Notes under the pieces: generated by a model
What the model saw: only the letters and a program-made list of their open reading frames with translations
What the model was told of the DNA's origin: nothing
The model's database searches: none
Shown here: positions 49,895 to 60,504 of the stretch, piece by piece
Layout of the letters: every line of letters begins with the position of its first letter
Position numbering within the stretch: position 1 is the stretch's first letter
DNA from: an archaeon
Lineage (GTDB): Archaea > Thermoplasmatota > Thermoplasmata > Methanomassiliicoccales > Methanomethylophilaceae
Assembly: GCA_024399275.1 (NCBI GenBank)
Contig: JAKSHS010000003.1
Span: 413 to 64,412, forward strand
Length of the DNA stretch: 64,000 bases
Reading direction: 5' to 3'
Program-made: the position numbers and the translations under genes

Positions 49895-52508
49895 CGAATT
49901 TACCAGACTTGTTTTTTTCAATAATTTTAATAAGTTTTTCTCTATATTTTCGGTCAATAAAGTTCGTCAATTTTTTCATTAAGTCGAATCTAAGTACCGC
50001 ACGATTGACAAAGAACCATACTATAGTACTGAATATTATACATACGAGAAATTTCAGAGGTGGTGCAATGATTGGAAGCCACAGTTGAAGTTTTTGGAAG
50101 CTACCGACGGCAAAGTAGATCATCGGGACTAATGTAAGCAGGAAGATAAACAGAATGGTTGGTCTAATATCCTTATGAAGTTTTCCATCGACAGAAAAGA
50201 ATTTTATGTATGGACATACCATGAATTGCTGGGCTATGCCGGCAGTTAACAGGAATATTAGCATGCAATTTCTCGCGTTTATTTCGGCAGTCCTTTCTAG
50301 TGGTATGTGTTCAAGGGATGTCACGCCATAGAACGAAATCATCTCGTCTAATGTACTAAAAGTGGGCCATCCGTAGAATGCTAATTGCTCGTTTGTATAA
50401 AATATTACTAAGCTGTTGTTGAATGTGGCGAAGTACGCTGTTAGATAAATAACAAGTGCGAATATTGCTATAAGTAATCCCGTCGGCATGGCGAATTTGA
50501 TTACTTCTGGCAGTATTGCTCCTTTGTTTTCAGTGGGCTGAGCCCACAATGTCATCATGAATGCAGATATTGAAACGCAGATAAATGCATAAAATGCTGC
50601 TTGTGTTGGTAAAAATGGAGTTGCACCATCTCGTAAGAATGCTGAAATTATTATCATCACAAATGTGACGATAAATGCTAGGGCGAAATTTCTCGAGATA
50701 TATAGTTTGAGGATATCCCGCATACCAGAAACTGTTCTCCTGCCCTCAATAAGAGCCTGTGGAAGAGCACTAAATTCATCATCTACAAGGACTATGTCTG
50801 CCACTCCTCTTGCTGCCCCACTTCCGCTTTGAAGGGCTATGCCGACGTTAGCCATTTTCAAGGACTTGACATCATTTACGCCATCACCTACCATGGCTAC
50901 ATATCTTCCCTCTCTTCTTAAAGTTTCAATGATTGTTTCTTTATGATCTGGTTTCATTCTACCGAAGATATTAGTTTCGAGAATAGCCCTAGTTTTTTCC
51001 TTTCCTTTTAGTTGATCTAATTCATCACCAGAAAGAATTTTGCGGGTACCAGGAATTTTTGCAATTGTGAACAATGCGTCTACGGTTTTAGGATCGTCGC
51101 CTGAAATGACTTTTAGATCCATTCCATTGCTGAGAAAAGTAGAAATTGTATCCTTGCAGTCCCTGCGAACTTCGTCTTCTATCGCTATAAGTGCGATAAG
51201 TTCTAGGTTTCCAATTATTGGTCTTCCTTTCGAATCGTAAAGATTGGATGATCTGGATCGCCCTAGAGAAATGGTTCTAAGACCTTTTTTAGAAAACATT
51301 TCGTTGATTTTGAGCACTTTTTTCGGAGCATTTTCAAAAAGAACAGAAAGTGCACCCATATACATCGTATAGATTTCATTATCAGCTTCTACTTTTACTG
51401 CGCTGTATTTTCTTTCAGAGGAGAATCTTATTTCATCAATAACTTTTACTTTTTTCGTTATGCCAAATTTTTTCCTTAGAGCCTCGATGGAGTTATTGAC
51501 ACTTCCAGTTGAGCTTGCGTATAGTCTAATAAGTTTTTTTGATTCTTCTTCAGTAGTAAAACTAACCATATCGTTAAAAATAAGTCTGTTAGTGGTTATT
51601 GTGCCGGTTTTGTCCATACATATAGTGTCAACATGGCTCAGTGACTCAACTGCATTCGATCGTTGGAGGAGAAGCCCCTTGTTCACCATACGGACTGCAG
51701 CAACCATATAATTTATGACGATCAGTAAAAACAGGGCAATTGGAACAATACCTAAGACAATAACTGCATTTTTTACTGTATTTTGAAATGCAATGTTGAT
51801 ATCGTGACTTTTAACAATACTGAGAATAATCATGATGAAAAGAATTACAAAGGTGATAGACATCAGTAATTTTGTGATTGCAGAAACTTCCATTTGAAGG
51901 GGTGTCATCTTATTTGTATACTTTTTTGCACTTGCTAGCATTTTTGATGCAAATGTATTCGTGCCAAATGCATCAACCTTGTAGAAACCGGTACCTGTTA
52001 CGCAATAAGACCCAGAGTATATACGGTCATTGTCATGTTTCATAACGGTACTTGATTCCCCCGTAAGTAGAGATTCATCCATTTCGAGGTATTCCATGGC
52101 AATGAGTTGTCCATCAACAGGGGCCTGGTCTCCAGGACTAAGTTTAATGATGTCGTCTTTGACTATTTCAGACTGATCAATGAATTTTTCTTCTTTATCT
52201 CTTATGACAGTGATTATTGGGCGCATCAATAATGCGATCTTATCTAGGCGGCGTTTGGCTTTAATCTCCTGAATTGTCGCGACTATTATATTCAATGCTA
52301 TAATTAATGTCGCGGCTAGTCCATCTGTTGGACCGCTTATAACCCAGAGGGTTGTTCCCATTACCAAAAGTATTAGGTTGAAGCTATTGCATACGTTTCT
52401 TAGGATTATGTCCTTGTATGAACGGCTAACTATAGGCTTCACTGAATTGATCTCGCCCTTTGAAATGCGATCTGTGACTTCTTTGGACGTTAATCCAGTA
52501 ATTTCCAT
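49887..52508 (-). CDS. P-type ATPase (HAD-IC family), substrate unclear
   Basis: LTGES, DKTGT phosphorylation site, SGD, GDGVND; about 10 TM helices. Confidence 0.92.
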   Translation of the reverse strand: MEITGLTSKEVTDRISKGEINSVKPIVSRSYKDIILRNVCNSFNLILLVMGTTLWVISGPTDGLAATLIIALNIIVATIQEIKAKRRLDKIALLMRPIITVIRDKEEKFIDQSEIVKDDIIKLSPGDQAPVDGQLIAMEYLEMDESLLTGESSTVMKHDNDRIYSGSYCVTGTGFYKVDAFGTNTFASKMLASAKKYTNKMTPLQMEVSAITKLLMSITFVILFIMIILSIVKSHDINIAFQNTVKNAVIVLGIVPIALFLLIVINYMVAAVRMVNKGLLLQRSNAVESLSHVDTICMDKTGTITTNRLIFNDMVSFTTEEESKKLIRLYASSTGSVNNSIEALRKKFGITKKVKVIDEIRFSSERKYSAVKVEADNEIYTMYMGALSVLFENAPKKVLKINEMFSKKGLRTISLGRSRSSNLYDSKGRPIIGNLELIALIAIEDEVRRDCKDTISTFLSNGMDLKVISGDDPKTVDALFTIAKIPGTRKILSGDELDQLKGKEKTRAILETNIFGRMKPDHKETIIETLRREGRYVAMVGDGVNDVKSLKMANVGIALQSGSGAARGVADIVLVDDEFSALPQALIEGRRTVSGMRDILKLYISRNFALAFIVTFVMIIISAFLRDGATPFLPTQAAFYAFICVSISAFMMTLWAQPTENKGAILPEVIKFAMPTGLLIAIFALVIYLTAYFATFNNSLVIFYTNEQLAFYGWPTFSTLDEMISFYGVTSLEHIPLERTAEINARNCMLIFLLTAGIAQQFMVCPYIKFFSVDGKLHKDIRPTILFIFLLTLVPMIYFAVGSFQKLQLWLPIIAPPLKFLVCIIFSTIVWFFVNRAVLRFDLMKKLTNFIDRKYREKLIKIIEKNKSGKFDE

Positions 52509-52528
52509 GAACCCTCTTCAGTAAGCCA

Positions 52529-55447
52529 TTATTTATTAATCATGCTGCTAGAGCAGGACGACGAGCTAAGATAATCCGATACGGCCTGTTCTATCTTACC
52601 AATGTCGTATGGGATTACATATATAGATTTGTTTTGTGAAAGATAATCAATGAAGCATTCAACCTTTTTTCCTTTAAATTTTGCAACTTGAGCATAGATA
52701 CTTACTTGTAATTTGTAACGTTCAAGGTAATTATAATCGATATCTGTTTTGTAGTCATGTATTTCGATTCGGTCGTTGTATTCGGCCATGAGATCGATAA
52801 CTCCTCTTATTGAAACGTTTCCAATAGGAAGTACACATGGAACTTCCACAGAAATTTTCGCATTTTTTAGATTGTGTAGTATTTCGCTTATTATAGCGGT
52901 TTCTGGAAGCTTGTCATCAAATTTTTTGCCATGCGCCATTAAATAAGCGGCTTTATGCACTCTTATCCCGTAGTCCACGCCCTTGCTTATTGCGCCAGTA
53001 CATTCCTGAGAGGGCAGAGGGATCGTTAACATGAGATCGTGGACTGAGATGTCTACTCGTCTTTTTACGTAATTTCCGATGATTGGAGGCTTTATAGATC
53101 GTTCATTATTGATGTTACCTGTAGCTTCTGTGATGGATATTGGCACACCATTACCATAATATCTGAAAAATTTGGATGGATTCGATGCTATAAGAGTTAG
53201 ATATTGCTTTGCTCGCGTCATAGCAACAAAAAGTAGTCTTCTCTCTTCTGAGTAGTCTTTTTCTATGACTGCATGGATGATTGCATATTTCCACGAATCA
53301 TAGATAAATTCCTTTCTTGTGCCATCCACGTCTTTTGAGAAGTATTCATGAGTGCATCGGATCCCCGTAAGGTCTGAGAACTTGAACCATGAACTGTCAC
53401 TTTTCGTGCTGGGCATAGAAAAATTATCTAGCCCTGCGATTATTACAATTGGGTATTCTAAACCCTTGGATTTGTGTATTGTCTGTATTGTCACGGCTTC
53501 CGATTCTAGTAATGGTTCCACGTTATACTTTGTTCCCATTTTAATATCGTTTTCTATTAGCCTTATGAGATCTGGTATAGTGACAAGAGAATTACTGTAT
53601 GTTGACGACATTGTGTTGATGATGGATTGTGTTATATCGTTATCTAGACCATAAAAGGAGAAAATTGTAGTCAGAAGATCATTTGGTCGTCGACACTTGC
53701 TTACTAATTTTGTACGTTGATCGGTAATAAATTCTGGAATTCCAGAGGGAGGAGGATATATTTTCGGTCTGCCACCATAATCGATCATTGCGACAATAGA
53801 TGATAATGAATATTTCATATCAATGAGTATGGCGATGAGCCCTCTAAGGTCATTTTCATTGTTTACATATCTTAACCATGCTAAAGCAAGTTTACCTTCC
53901 CTTGTTGACATTATTTCTATGTCCCCTTGAAAAAAGGCGGGAATAGATCTCAAATTACATACCTTAAGAATTTCAGCGCACAATTGTCCAGTTCTGCATA
54001 GTACTGCGATATCTTTATAGGTAACAGGTCTTCCTCTTCCTGTCTTAGAGTCTACGTGCACATATTTGCTACTATTGACATAATGTATTATTTTTTCAAC
54101 AACCGCCCAAGGTTCTAGTTCTTTATTTTTAGTGGTTATCATCTCGAATGCAGTATTTTTTTTGTAAACTGGGTCCATTACGGATTCTAATTTGACTATT
54201 TCTCCATTGGATACAATTTCGTTTTCAACGGCTTGGATTTTGAGTGCGTCAAATGATTTGTCTAATATTAATTTGGAGCTCCTATAGTTTTTATTGAGCG
54301 GGATATTTGTAACATTGGTGTTACAAAATGTAATTCGCGTCTTATTTGTATTTAGCTCTTCAATGAAACTGTCAAGGCGATTTTTAAAATTAATAATGTT
54401 ATCTATAGATGCGTACCTGAATCCATGTATTCCTTGTTTCCAATCGCCTACAACACATAGGTTAGGTTTATTCATGAGAAGTAGACAAATTTTCATCTGA
54501 AGCTCGTTTGTATCTTGAAATTCATCAATCATCACATAGTCGACTCCGAATAATTTCCTTGAACCTTCATGCTGAAATAAGGAGGCAAATGCCATGAGTT
54601 CAACAATATTAAATGTGAGTTTACCAGTTTTTATGCATTCTTTTAAATATTCATAATATAGGTCATGGATGTATTCGAACAGCACAAATCTATTGTCATC
54701 TGTAATTGATTCAATGATTTTGTCGTTAATTTGTTGTTCATTATCTCTATTAGTGAGCTCTGGGGCAAGGTATTTTGGATTATGATTGATAGCTTCTAGT
54801 ATTTTTTTAGTTTTGTTTGATGATAAAATAGTGTTTTTGAGACCGTCTATGTCTCCGAGAATGTTTTTTTCCCCATTGCCAAACCATTTCGTTCTGAGGG
54901 GAATAACGCCGCGAGACATTAATCTGTTAATAAGGTTGTATATGTCACCTGCTCGTCCGTTTGATAAAGCCGCTGGGTTGAATTTCTGTTTGATGTATTT
55001 TGATCCATATTTTGATGCAAAATATGTATAAAAATTGGTAAATCTTTCTAAGTTCAAAGTGTCGTTTTCTTCTATTTTGGAATTTCTCGAAAGTATTTCC
55101 TCAAATTCGAAGAAGCTACTTATTGCCTCTGGAGCGTTCAGGGCGATGTTTAAGCATAGAGAATCAAATGTTGTAACTTTTAAATTTCTGAGAATGCTGC
55201 CTATATCTGAAAAATCTTTTTTATCATTCGTTCTAGTAATTTTTGCGGATATTCTATCTTTTATTTCTTGAGCGGCGTTTCTTGTAAAAGTGACCATTAA
55301 AATATCCTTGGAGTCCACACCACTGTTTATTATGTTGACATAGCGTTCAGTAATGGTATTCGTTTTTCCGGTACCTGGCCCAGCATCTGATACAATAAAT
55401 CCTTCAATCGTCTCAGCTAGTTTTTTCTGTTGCTCATTGAGCTCCAT
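52529..55447 (-). CDS. UvrD/AddA-like helicase with C-terminal PD-(D/E)XK nuclease
   Basis: AGPGTGKT, TFT..AA, IDEFQD, VGD.KQ.I.GFR, NYRS, TIHKSKGLE, RLLFVAMTRA; GVIDL...DYKT...Q..IY. Confidence 0.9.
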   Translation of the reverse strand: MELNEQQKKLAETIEGFIVSDAGPGTGKTNTITERYVNIINSGVDSKDILMVTFTRNAAQEIKDRISAKITRTNDKKDFSDIGSILRNLKVTTFDSLCLNIALNAPEAISSFFEFEEILSRNSKIEENDTLNLERFTNFYTYFASKYGSKYIKQKFNPAALSNGRAGDIYNLINRLMSRGVIPLRTKWFGNGEKNILGDIDGLKNTILSSNKTKKILEAINHNPKYLAPELTNRDNEQQINDKIIESITDDNRFVLFEYIHDLYYEYLKECIKTGKLTFNIVELMAFASLFQHEGSRKLFGVDYVMIDEFQDTNELQMKICLLLMNKPNLCVVGDWKQGIHGFRYASIDNIINFKNRLDSFIEELNTNKTRITFCNTNVTNIPLNKNYRSSKLILDKSFDALKIQAVENEIVSNGEIVKLESVMDPVYKKNTAFEMITTKNKELEPWAVVEKIIHYVNSSKYVHVDSKTGRGRPVTYKDIAVLCRTGQLCAEILKVCNLRSIPAFFQGDIEIMSTREGKLALAWLRYVNNENDLRGLIAILIDMKYSLSSIVAMIDYGGRPKIYPPPSGIPEFITDQRTKLVSKCRRPNDLLTTIFSFYGLDNDITQSIINTMSSTYSNSLVTIPDLIRLIENDIKMGTKYNVEPLLESEAVTIQTIHKSKGLEYPIVIIAGLDNFSMPSTKSDSSWFKFSDLTGIRCTHEYFSKDVDGTRKEFIYDSWKYAIIHAVIEKDYSEERRLLFVAMTRAKQYLTLIASNPSKFFRYYGNGVPISITEATGNINNERSIKPPIIGNYVKRRVDISVHDLMLTIPLPSQECTGAISKGVDYGIRVHKAAYLMAHGKKFDDKLPETAIISEILHNLKNAKISVEVPCVLPIGNVSIRGVIDLMAEYNDRIEIHDYKTDIDYNYLERYKLQVSIYAQVAKFKGKKVECFIDYLSQNKSIYVIPYDIGKIEQAVSDYLSSSSCSSSMINK

Positions 55448-58071
55448 TATTCAGCTCCGGGATTGGATATGCATATGTCTTTGAAATTGCACGTTGAACA
55501 GTTGATAGTTGGCAATATAGGAAATTCATTGAAAAACATATTTTCGATATTATCAAAACTTTTTAAAACCAAAGATTTGAATCGAATTAGATATTCATCT
55601 GTAACGTAAAGGGTCTTTTTGTCATCACTCACAAAAATGGACTGTGGCTCAGAAATTACACTTCTAACTTTTTTGGCAAGTGCTGTGGCGTTTGTTTTGT
55701 TAATTTTCATGGCTTGAAATTTACTAACCAAGAAGCTTTGATCTGTTTTTGAAATTACGTCTAGTCCAATATCCTCAATTATATTAGCGTATAAGTTTTC
55801 GTAACCTCTGAGAAAACTAAAGGATCGTGCCGACCCTATTTCGTAGAGAAAAATCTTTCTTATATAGTCCATTACGGACCCGATCTTTTTGACAGTGACT
55901 ATGTTGTCGTGAATCTTATACGGAATTCCAGCAACTTCTTTACCCTCATTTGCTGCAGTATAGAATAATACAAACGATTTCTCTCCCTCTTTACATATTT
56001 CGTCCAAAAGGGAGAGGTAGAACATGCATTGATATTCTTTATCATATGTGGTAAATTCTTCACTAATTCTGTCTTTTACTGATTTTGCGTCGTTTGCACT
56101 TCCAGTTTTAAAGTCGAAAATTGTATTGTTGATGATGATGTCAAAGACACCTTTCATATGATTTTGTTTTGATTCGTATGAAACTTCAGTTATATTTGAT
56201 GTTATTTTCTTTCCAAGTTCTTCAAAAAAACGGTTATGTCTATGTTTTGTAGAGCAATTATCAAGAATATTTTTGTTAGAAAAATTCATTATGTCAATAA
56301 ATTCGTTGATATTTTTGATTGAATTTGTTATATTTGATTTTTTAAGGGACCTCGTCTCTGCAGGAAATAGCCCTATTACAACATCTGAAATTGTATTGAC
56401 ATAGTGTTCAATTCCGTATTTGTTGGCTATTTCAGGATAACACACTCGAAATTCAACATATTCGTGAAGGAGGCTTCCAAGAATGGTGTTACTATTATCC
56501 TGACTTCCGAGAATATAGGCAAACATATACTTGTGAGGACATGAAATGAAGTTGTTGAACGATGATTTAGAGAATGATTTAGGAATGTATTCTAAATGTG
56601 CGGTTTTTTCATTGGGTATTATAAATTTGAATTTTTCAGATTTGTACCAGCTTCCAGGAATAAACTGTTCACAGACATCTTTGAAGGTTTCGTAATGTTT
56701 ATTGTCTATCTGATCAAAATAAAAACATGGTTTTGACTTATTGCCGTTTGTCGTGGAATTGCATACATATATTCTTTCAGAACCCTGCTGCAGGAGAATC
56801 TGAAACTTTTGAATATTTTTGTCATTTTCTTCCTGTTTGAGACCGTAGTTGATTATATTTAGAAAGTTAATATCTATCTCCCATTCGGGCCCAAGCCCAA
56901 GATATATAACAATTGGACGATCGATGTACACTGAGTTTTTACAGTCAATGAGGAGCACGCCTTCTTTTTCCCAGTCTGGAATCTGCTCACTGTGTTTTAG
57001 GCTGCTGATGTTGTTAACAGCGTAAAGGAGATTGTCTGTATCTGTATTATTCACCAGCGTGTTAGCAATACCCAATTCATTCAGAAGGGTTTCAATTGGT
57101 TCTTTCTGTACTTTTGCGACTTTACTACAGATGTCCACATACGTATGTTTTTCGATATTTTGCATTATTTTTATAATTTCATTTGCTCTTCTGTCCTTGG
57201 ATATTAGGGAGAAATTCTCGATGAGATATTCATCGTATTTTTCAGAAATAAATCCGCCATATGAAGATATTAGTTCTCTAACTTGACTAATTCTTATTGT
57301 GTCAAAGGAGAATGATAGTCTAATGAACTCCAGAAAATTCCTGATTGAGTTCAAGTCCTTGACATTTACGAAATTTTTAAATGGTATTTTTTTACGATAG
57401 AGTGCCGATCTTACGGAGTCTGCAATGAATTCTTCAACATTGAACACAATTGCAATGTCTGATGCATTATCTAATGTGATGAGAGATGTGATGTTTTCTG
57501 CAATTTGTCTGCTATTGTTAAGTTCTCTTATCTCAGGAATTGTGTATTCTCCACTTTTAAAAACTTCTATGTAATCAAATTTTCCCTCTGGAGGGTTAAA
57601 ATTTTTATCTAGCTGATCATAGAAATCTGCGCCAATAACTGCGATTTTTTTTCCTTGAAAAAATGTTGAATCTTGTCCATTGAATATTGACATTGCTTTT
57701 TCTAGTGTAGGAAGTTGGATGTACTCGTCATAAACATTTTTCGATCTTCTGCCGTGAAGATGTTTTCTGACATCTTTCGTGTATCTTCTTATAGTTTTAA
57801 AATTTTGGACTTCACTGTGAACATGTCCAAATTTGTATCCGGTGTTCTTGGAGATAATTCTAATGACTTCAATATCGCTAAGTGGAGATGTTCCGAGAAT
57901 ATCTTCGCACATGGTACTTGCTAGCTGGAGTGGGGTAATAGCAAAGATTCCTATTCTAGGTATGTTAACTCTGTTGTTGAGAGCGAGTGCTAATGGCGCA
58001 TCATTACAGAGAACCATATCATAATTTTTCACCTCGTCGTATAATTCATCGATGCTTTTTGCCAATCGCAT
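55447..58071 (-). CDS. AddB/AdnA-like protein: degenerate helicase scaffold plus Cas4-like PD-(D/E)XK nuclease with Fe-S cysteines
   Basis: S.S....F..CP, G...H, G.FD...DFKTG, Q..FY, terminal CxxCxxxxxC; TAATG coupling with the helicase gene. Confidence 0.82.
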   Translation of the reverse strand: MRLAKSIDELYDEVKNYDMVLCNDAPLALALNNRVNIPRIGIFAITPLQLASTMCEDILGTSPLSDIEVIRIISKNTGYKFGHVHSEVQNFKTIRRYTKDVRKHLHGRRSKNVYDEYIQLPTLEKAMSIFNGQDSTFFQGKKIAVIGADFYDQLDKNFNPPEGKFDYIEVFKSGEYTIPEIRELNNSRQIAENITSLITLDNASDIAIVFNVEEFIADSVRSALYRKKIPFKNFVNVKDLNSIRNFLEFIRLSFSFDTIRISQVRELISSYGGFISEKYDEYLIENFSLISKDRRANEIIKIMQNIEKHTYVDICSKVAKVQKEPIETLLNELGIANTLVNNTDTDNLLYAVNNISSLKHSEQIPDWEKEGVLLIDCKNSVYIDRPIVIYLGLGPEWEIDINFLNIINYGLKQEENDKNIQKFQILLQQGSERIYVCNSTTNGNKSKPCFYFDQIDNKHYETFKDVCEQFIPGSWYKSEKFKFIIPNEKTAHLEYIPKSFSKSSFNNFISCPHKYMFAYILGSQDNSNTILGSLLHEYVEFRVCYPEIANKYGIEHYVNTISDVVIGLFPAETRSLKKSNITNSIKNINEFIDIMNFSNKNILDNCSTKHRHNRFFEELGKKITSNITEVSYESKQNHMKGVFDIIINNTIFDFKTGSANDAKSVKDRISEEFTTYDKEYQCMFYLSLLDEICKEGEKSFVLFYTAANEGKEVAGIPYKIHDNIVTVKKIGSVMDYIRKIFLYEIGSARSFSFLRGYENLYANIIEDIGLDVISKTDQSFLVSKFQAMKINKTNATALAKKVRSVISEPQSIFVSDDKKTLYVTDEYLIRFKSLVLKSFDNIENMFFNEFPILPTINCSTCNFKDICISNPGAE

Positions 58072-58125
58072 GGTGCTGTGGATGGTGTATGATATAAAAG
58101 ACTCACTTGTTATTTTCTCATGAAT

Positions 58126-58569
58126 CTAATTAAAAATTGTGTTTCGTATATAATTAACTGAGAAGATAGAGCCAATAAGTGCATCAAATGCTTGCATGAG
58201 ATATGACATCACGAATAGAATAGTGCATATAATAGCCAGTACTGTGGCTGAGGCATGTCCTAGAGAGGAAATTCCACTAGACAAAATAATCATTGAAGTG
58301 TAGGCAGGAAGACTCGCGAAGAGGAAACGGCCTGCTTTTTTGTAATCTTTCATGTATAGCTGTGCCATTCCTCCGAAGCCGATGGCCGCAGGCAACAAAG
58401 CTAGCAATACGATTATTTTTCTGTTGTAAGTCTTTATCCTTGGGGAGGAGATCCTGAGACCTTCCATTTCCTTTTCTTCTTTCGCATGGCTAGAGCGGTA
58501 GCACATTGGACAACTTAGACTAAAAGAAGGCATAATTTCTCCGCAGTATGGGCATCTCCGATTGGCCAT
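58126..58569 (-). CDS. Zinc-ribbon membrane protein
   Basis: CPYCG...CPMC followed by about 3 hydrophobic helices (G.GG..QLY). Confidence 0.7.
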   Translation of the reverse strand: MANRRCPYCGEIMPSFSLSCPMCYRSSHAKEEKEMEGLRISSPRIKTYNRKIIVLLALLPAAIGFGGMAQLYMKDYKKAGRFLFASLPAYTSMIILSSGISSLGHASATVLAIICTILFVMSYLMQAFDALIGSIFSVNYIRNTIFN

Positions 58570-58777
58570 CAAAATCACTCAACTTTTTCTTGTTTGAGGT
58601 ATTTACTTAGTGAGTAATCAATTTTGGGGGTCATGTGTTAATGTTTATCCTTGTTGGAGTGCTTTATTGACCAGTTGCGACTTTGAAAAGTATTTTTGAA
58701 AGGTACACTATTTCTTATTAGTTAGTTTGGAAGAGAAATTGAACCCTTCAGTTTAACTTATATATTGTATTTCTCCA

Positions 58778-60121
58778 TTGTATACCGTGGAAACACTGAC
58801 TGTGTCGCAGTTCAATAGGCGGATATACACTATCATTTCGTCGAATGATACTGTTAGAGAGTTGGCTGTTATTGGAGAGATTTCCAAGGTTAGCCGGTCT
58901 CCGTCAGGACATATGTACATTGATTTGAAGGATTCTGAATCAGTTGTCAAATGCACACTTTTCAAAGGTCCGGCGTCAAGGTTGAAATTTACTCCGAGAG
59001 ACGGGATGAAGGTCACTGTGTATGGTGACGCATCGTATTACGTTAAAGGAGGATCACTAAATTTTAATATTTTTGCAGTAGAAGAATACGGGAAAGGAGA
59101 CGCCCAAAGAGCTTTAGAGGAGTTGACGTCTAAACTTAGAAGCGAAGGTTTGTTTGATGATAAAAGGAAGAAGCCAATTCCGAGATATCCGAGGACGATA
59201 GGTGTTGTTACTTCGTACACTGGAGCTGTAATTAAGGATATAGTGGACACGGTTGCCAGAAGAGGATATCCAGTTAATATTCTCCTTTCTTCGTCGACAG
59301 TACAGGGTGATGATGCTCCTGCAAGTATTGTTGCTGCTATCCAGTTATTAATACAACAGGATATCGATGTTCTAATTATTGGAAGAGGTGGAGGTTCAAA
59401 AGAGGACCTTATTGCCTTTAACTCTGAGAGTGTTGTTAGAGAAGTTGCGTTGTGCGAGGTTCCAGTCATTTCAGCGGTGGGTCATGCAACTGACAAGTCA
59501 TTGTGTGATTTAGCCGCAGACAAGTATGCTGAAACTCCCACAGCTGCTGCAATGATAGCTACACCTGATGTTAATAATGAACTTCGAAATTTGGATGATT
59601 TGTCATCTCTGGGGAGCAAATCGTTGCTAAATGTAATCACTAGAGCGAGGTCAAAGTTTGATGTAATAGATTCGAAGCTCTCGTTGAACAGTGCTGAAAG
59701 AATTATTCAAGAATACACGTCTAAACTGGACTCCTTGTATGCACGTCTGAACTCGTCGTTTATGATGAAGTCGGCGAGTGCTCGCAATGTTTATAATTCA
59801 TTGGAATTTAGAATGGCCGCCGTAAGACTTATCGATAAGGTTTTGAGCGGTCGTCAGACTTTAGAAACTATGTTATATAGGGCCAACTCAAGCATTATTA
59901 GCCAAATTGAAAGTAGAAAAAATCAATTGAATGTTCAATCGGCCGTCTTAGATTCGTTGAGCCTGGATAGGACATTGCTTAAAGGATTTAGTCTCGTCAC
60001 GGACTCAAAGAATAATATATTGCCATCAATAGATCATATTGGCGTTGGCTCCACATTGTTTATTAGGATGAGGGATGGAACTGTCATAGTAGAAGTAAAG
60101 GAGTTGATAAAAAATGGATAA
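58778..60121 (+). CDS. xseA: Exodeoxyribonuclease VII large subunit
   Basis: TVSQ, GEIS, SGH.Y..LKD, L..EGLFD, VQG..A, GRGGGS.EDL..FN, SAVGH.TD, TPTAAA. Confidence 0.94.
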   Translation: MYTVETLTVSQFNRRIYTIISSNDTVRELAVIGEISKVSRSPSGHMYIDLKDSESVVKCTLFKGPASRLKFTPRDGMKVTVYGDASYYVKGGSLNFNIFAVEEYGKGDAQRALEELTSKLRSEGLFDDKRKKPIPRYPRTIGVVTSYTGAVIKDIVDTVARRGYPVNILLSSSTVQGDDAPASIVAAIQLLIQQDIDVLIIGRGGGSKEDLIAFNSESVVREVALCEVPVISAVGHATDKSLCDLAADKYAETPTAAAMIATPDVNNELRNLDDLSSLGSKSLLNVITRARSKFDVIDSKLSLNSAERIIQEYTSKLDSLYARLNSSFMMKSASARNVYNSLEFRMAAVRLIDKVLSGRQTLETMLYRANSSIISQIESRKNQLNVQSAVLDSLSLDRTLLKGFSLVTDSKNNILPSIDHIGVGSTLFIRMRDGTVIVEVKELIKNG

Positions 60122-60335
60122 AGAGATGTCTTTTGAAGAGAATCTGAAGGAGCTGGAGAGGCTAGTAGAAGATCTTGAATCTGGCAAATACAGTCTGGAA
60201 GATAGCATTGAGATTTATGAGAAAGCTATCACATTACGTGAAAAGTGTCGGAAATTTCTTGAAGAGAGTGAGAAAAAGGTTGAGAAATTAATGGTAACTG
60301 CTAATGGTGTTGAAAAAGAGGAATTTACTATATAG
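60114..60335 (+). CDS. xseB: Exodeoxyribonuclease VII small subunit
   Basis: SFEE.L..LE..V..LE.G...LE.S...YE.....C...L. Confidence 0.93.
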   Translation: MDKEMSFEENLKELERLVEDLESGKYSLEDSIEIYEKAITLREKCRKFLEESEKKVEKLMVTANGVEKEEFTI

Positions 60336-60504
60336 GATACGACAGAGAATGATCACATACGAGAATCCTTAAGATATATTGGTGGGCAATTACTGGTTGC
60401 CCGTTATGGTGTTCATGGATAGGAGGTAGATCTCTCTTTCTGAAAGAGGTTTTATTGTATGTTTAATCCCTGAATGAGAAATGCCTTGTTGGGTTTGGAA
60501 TTAA

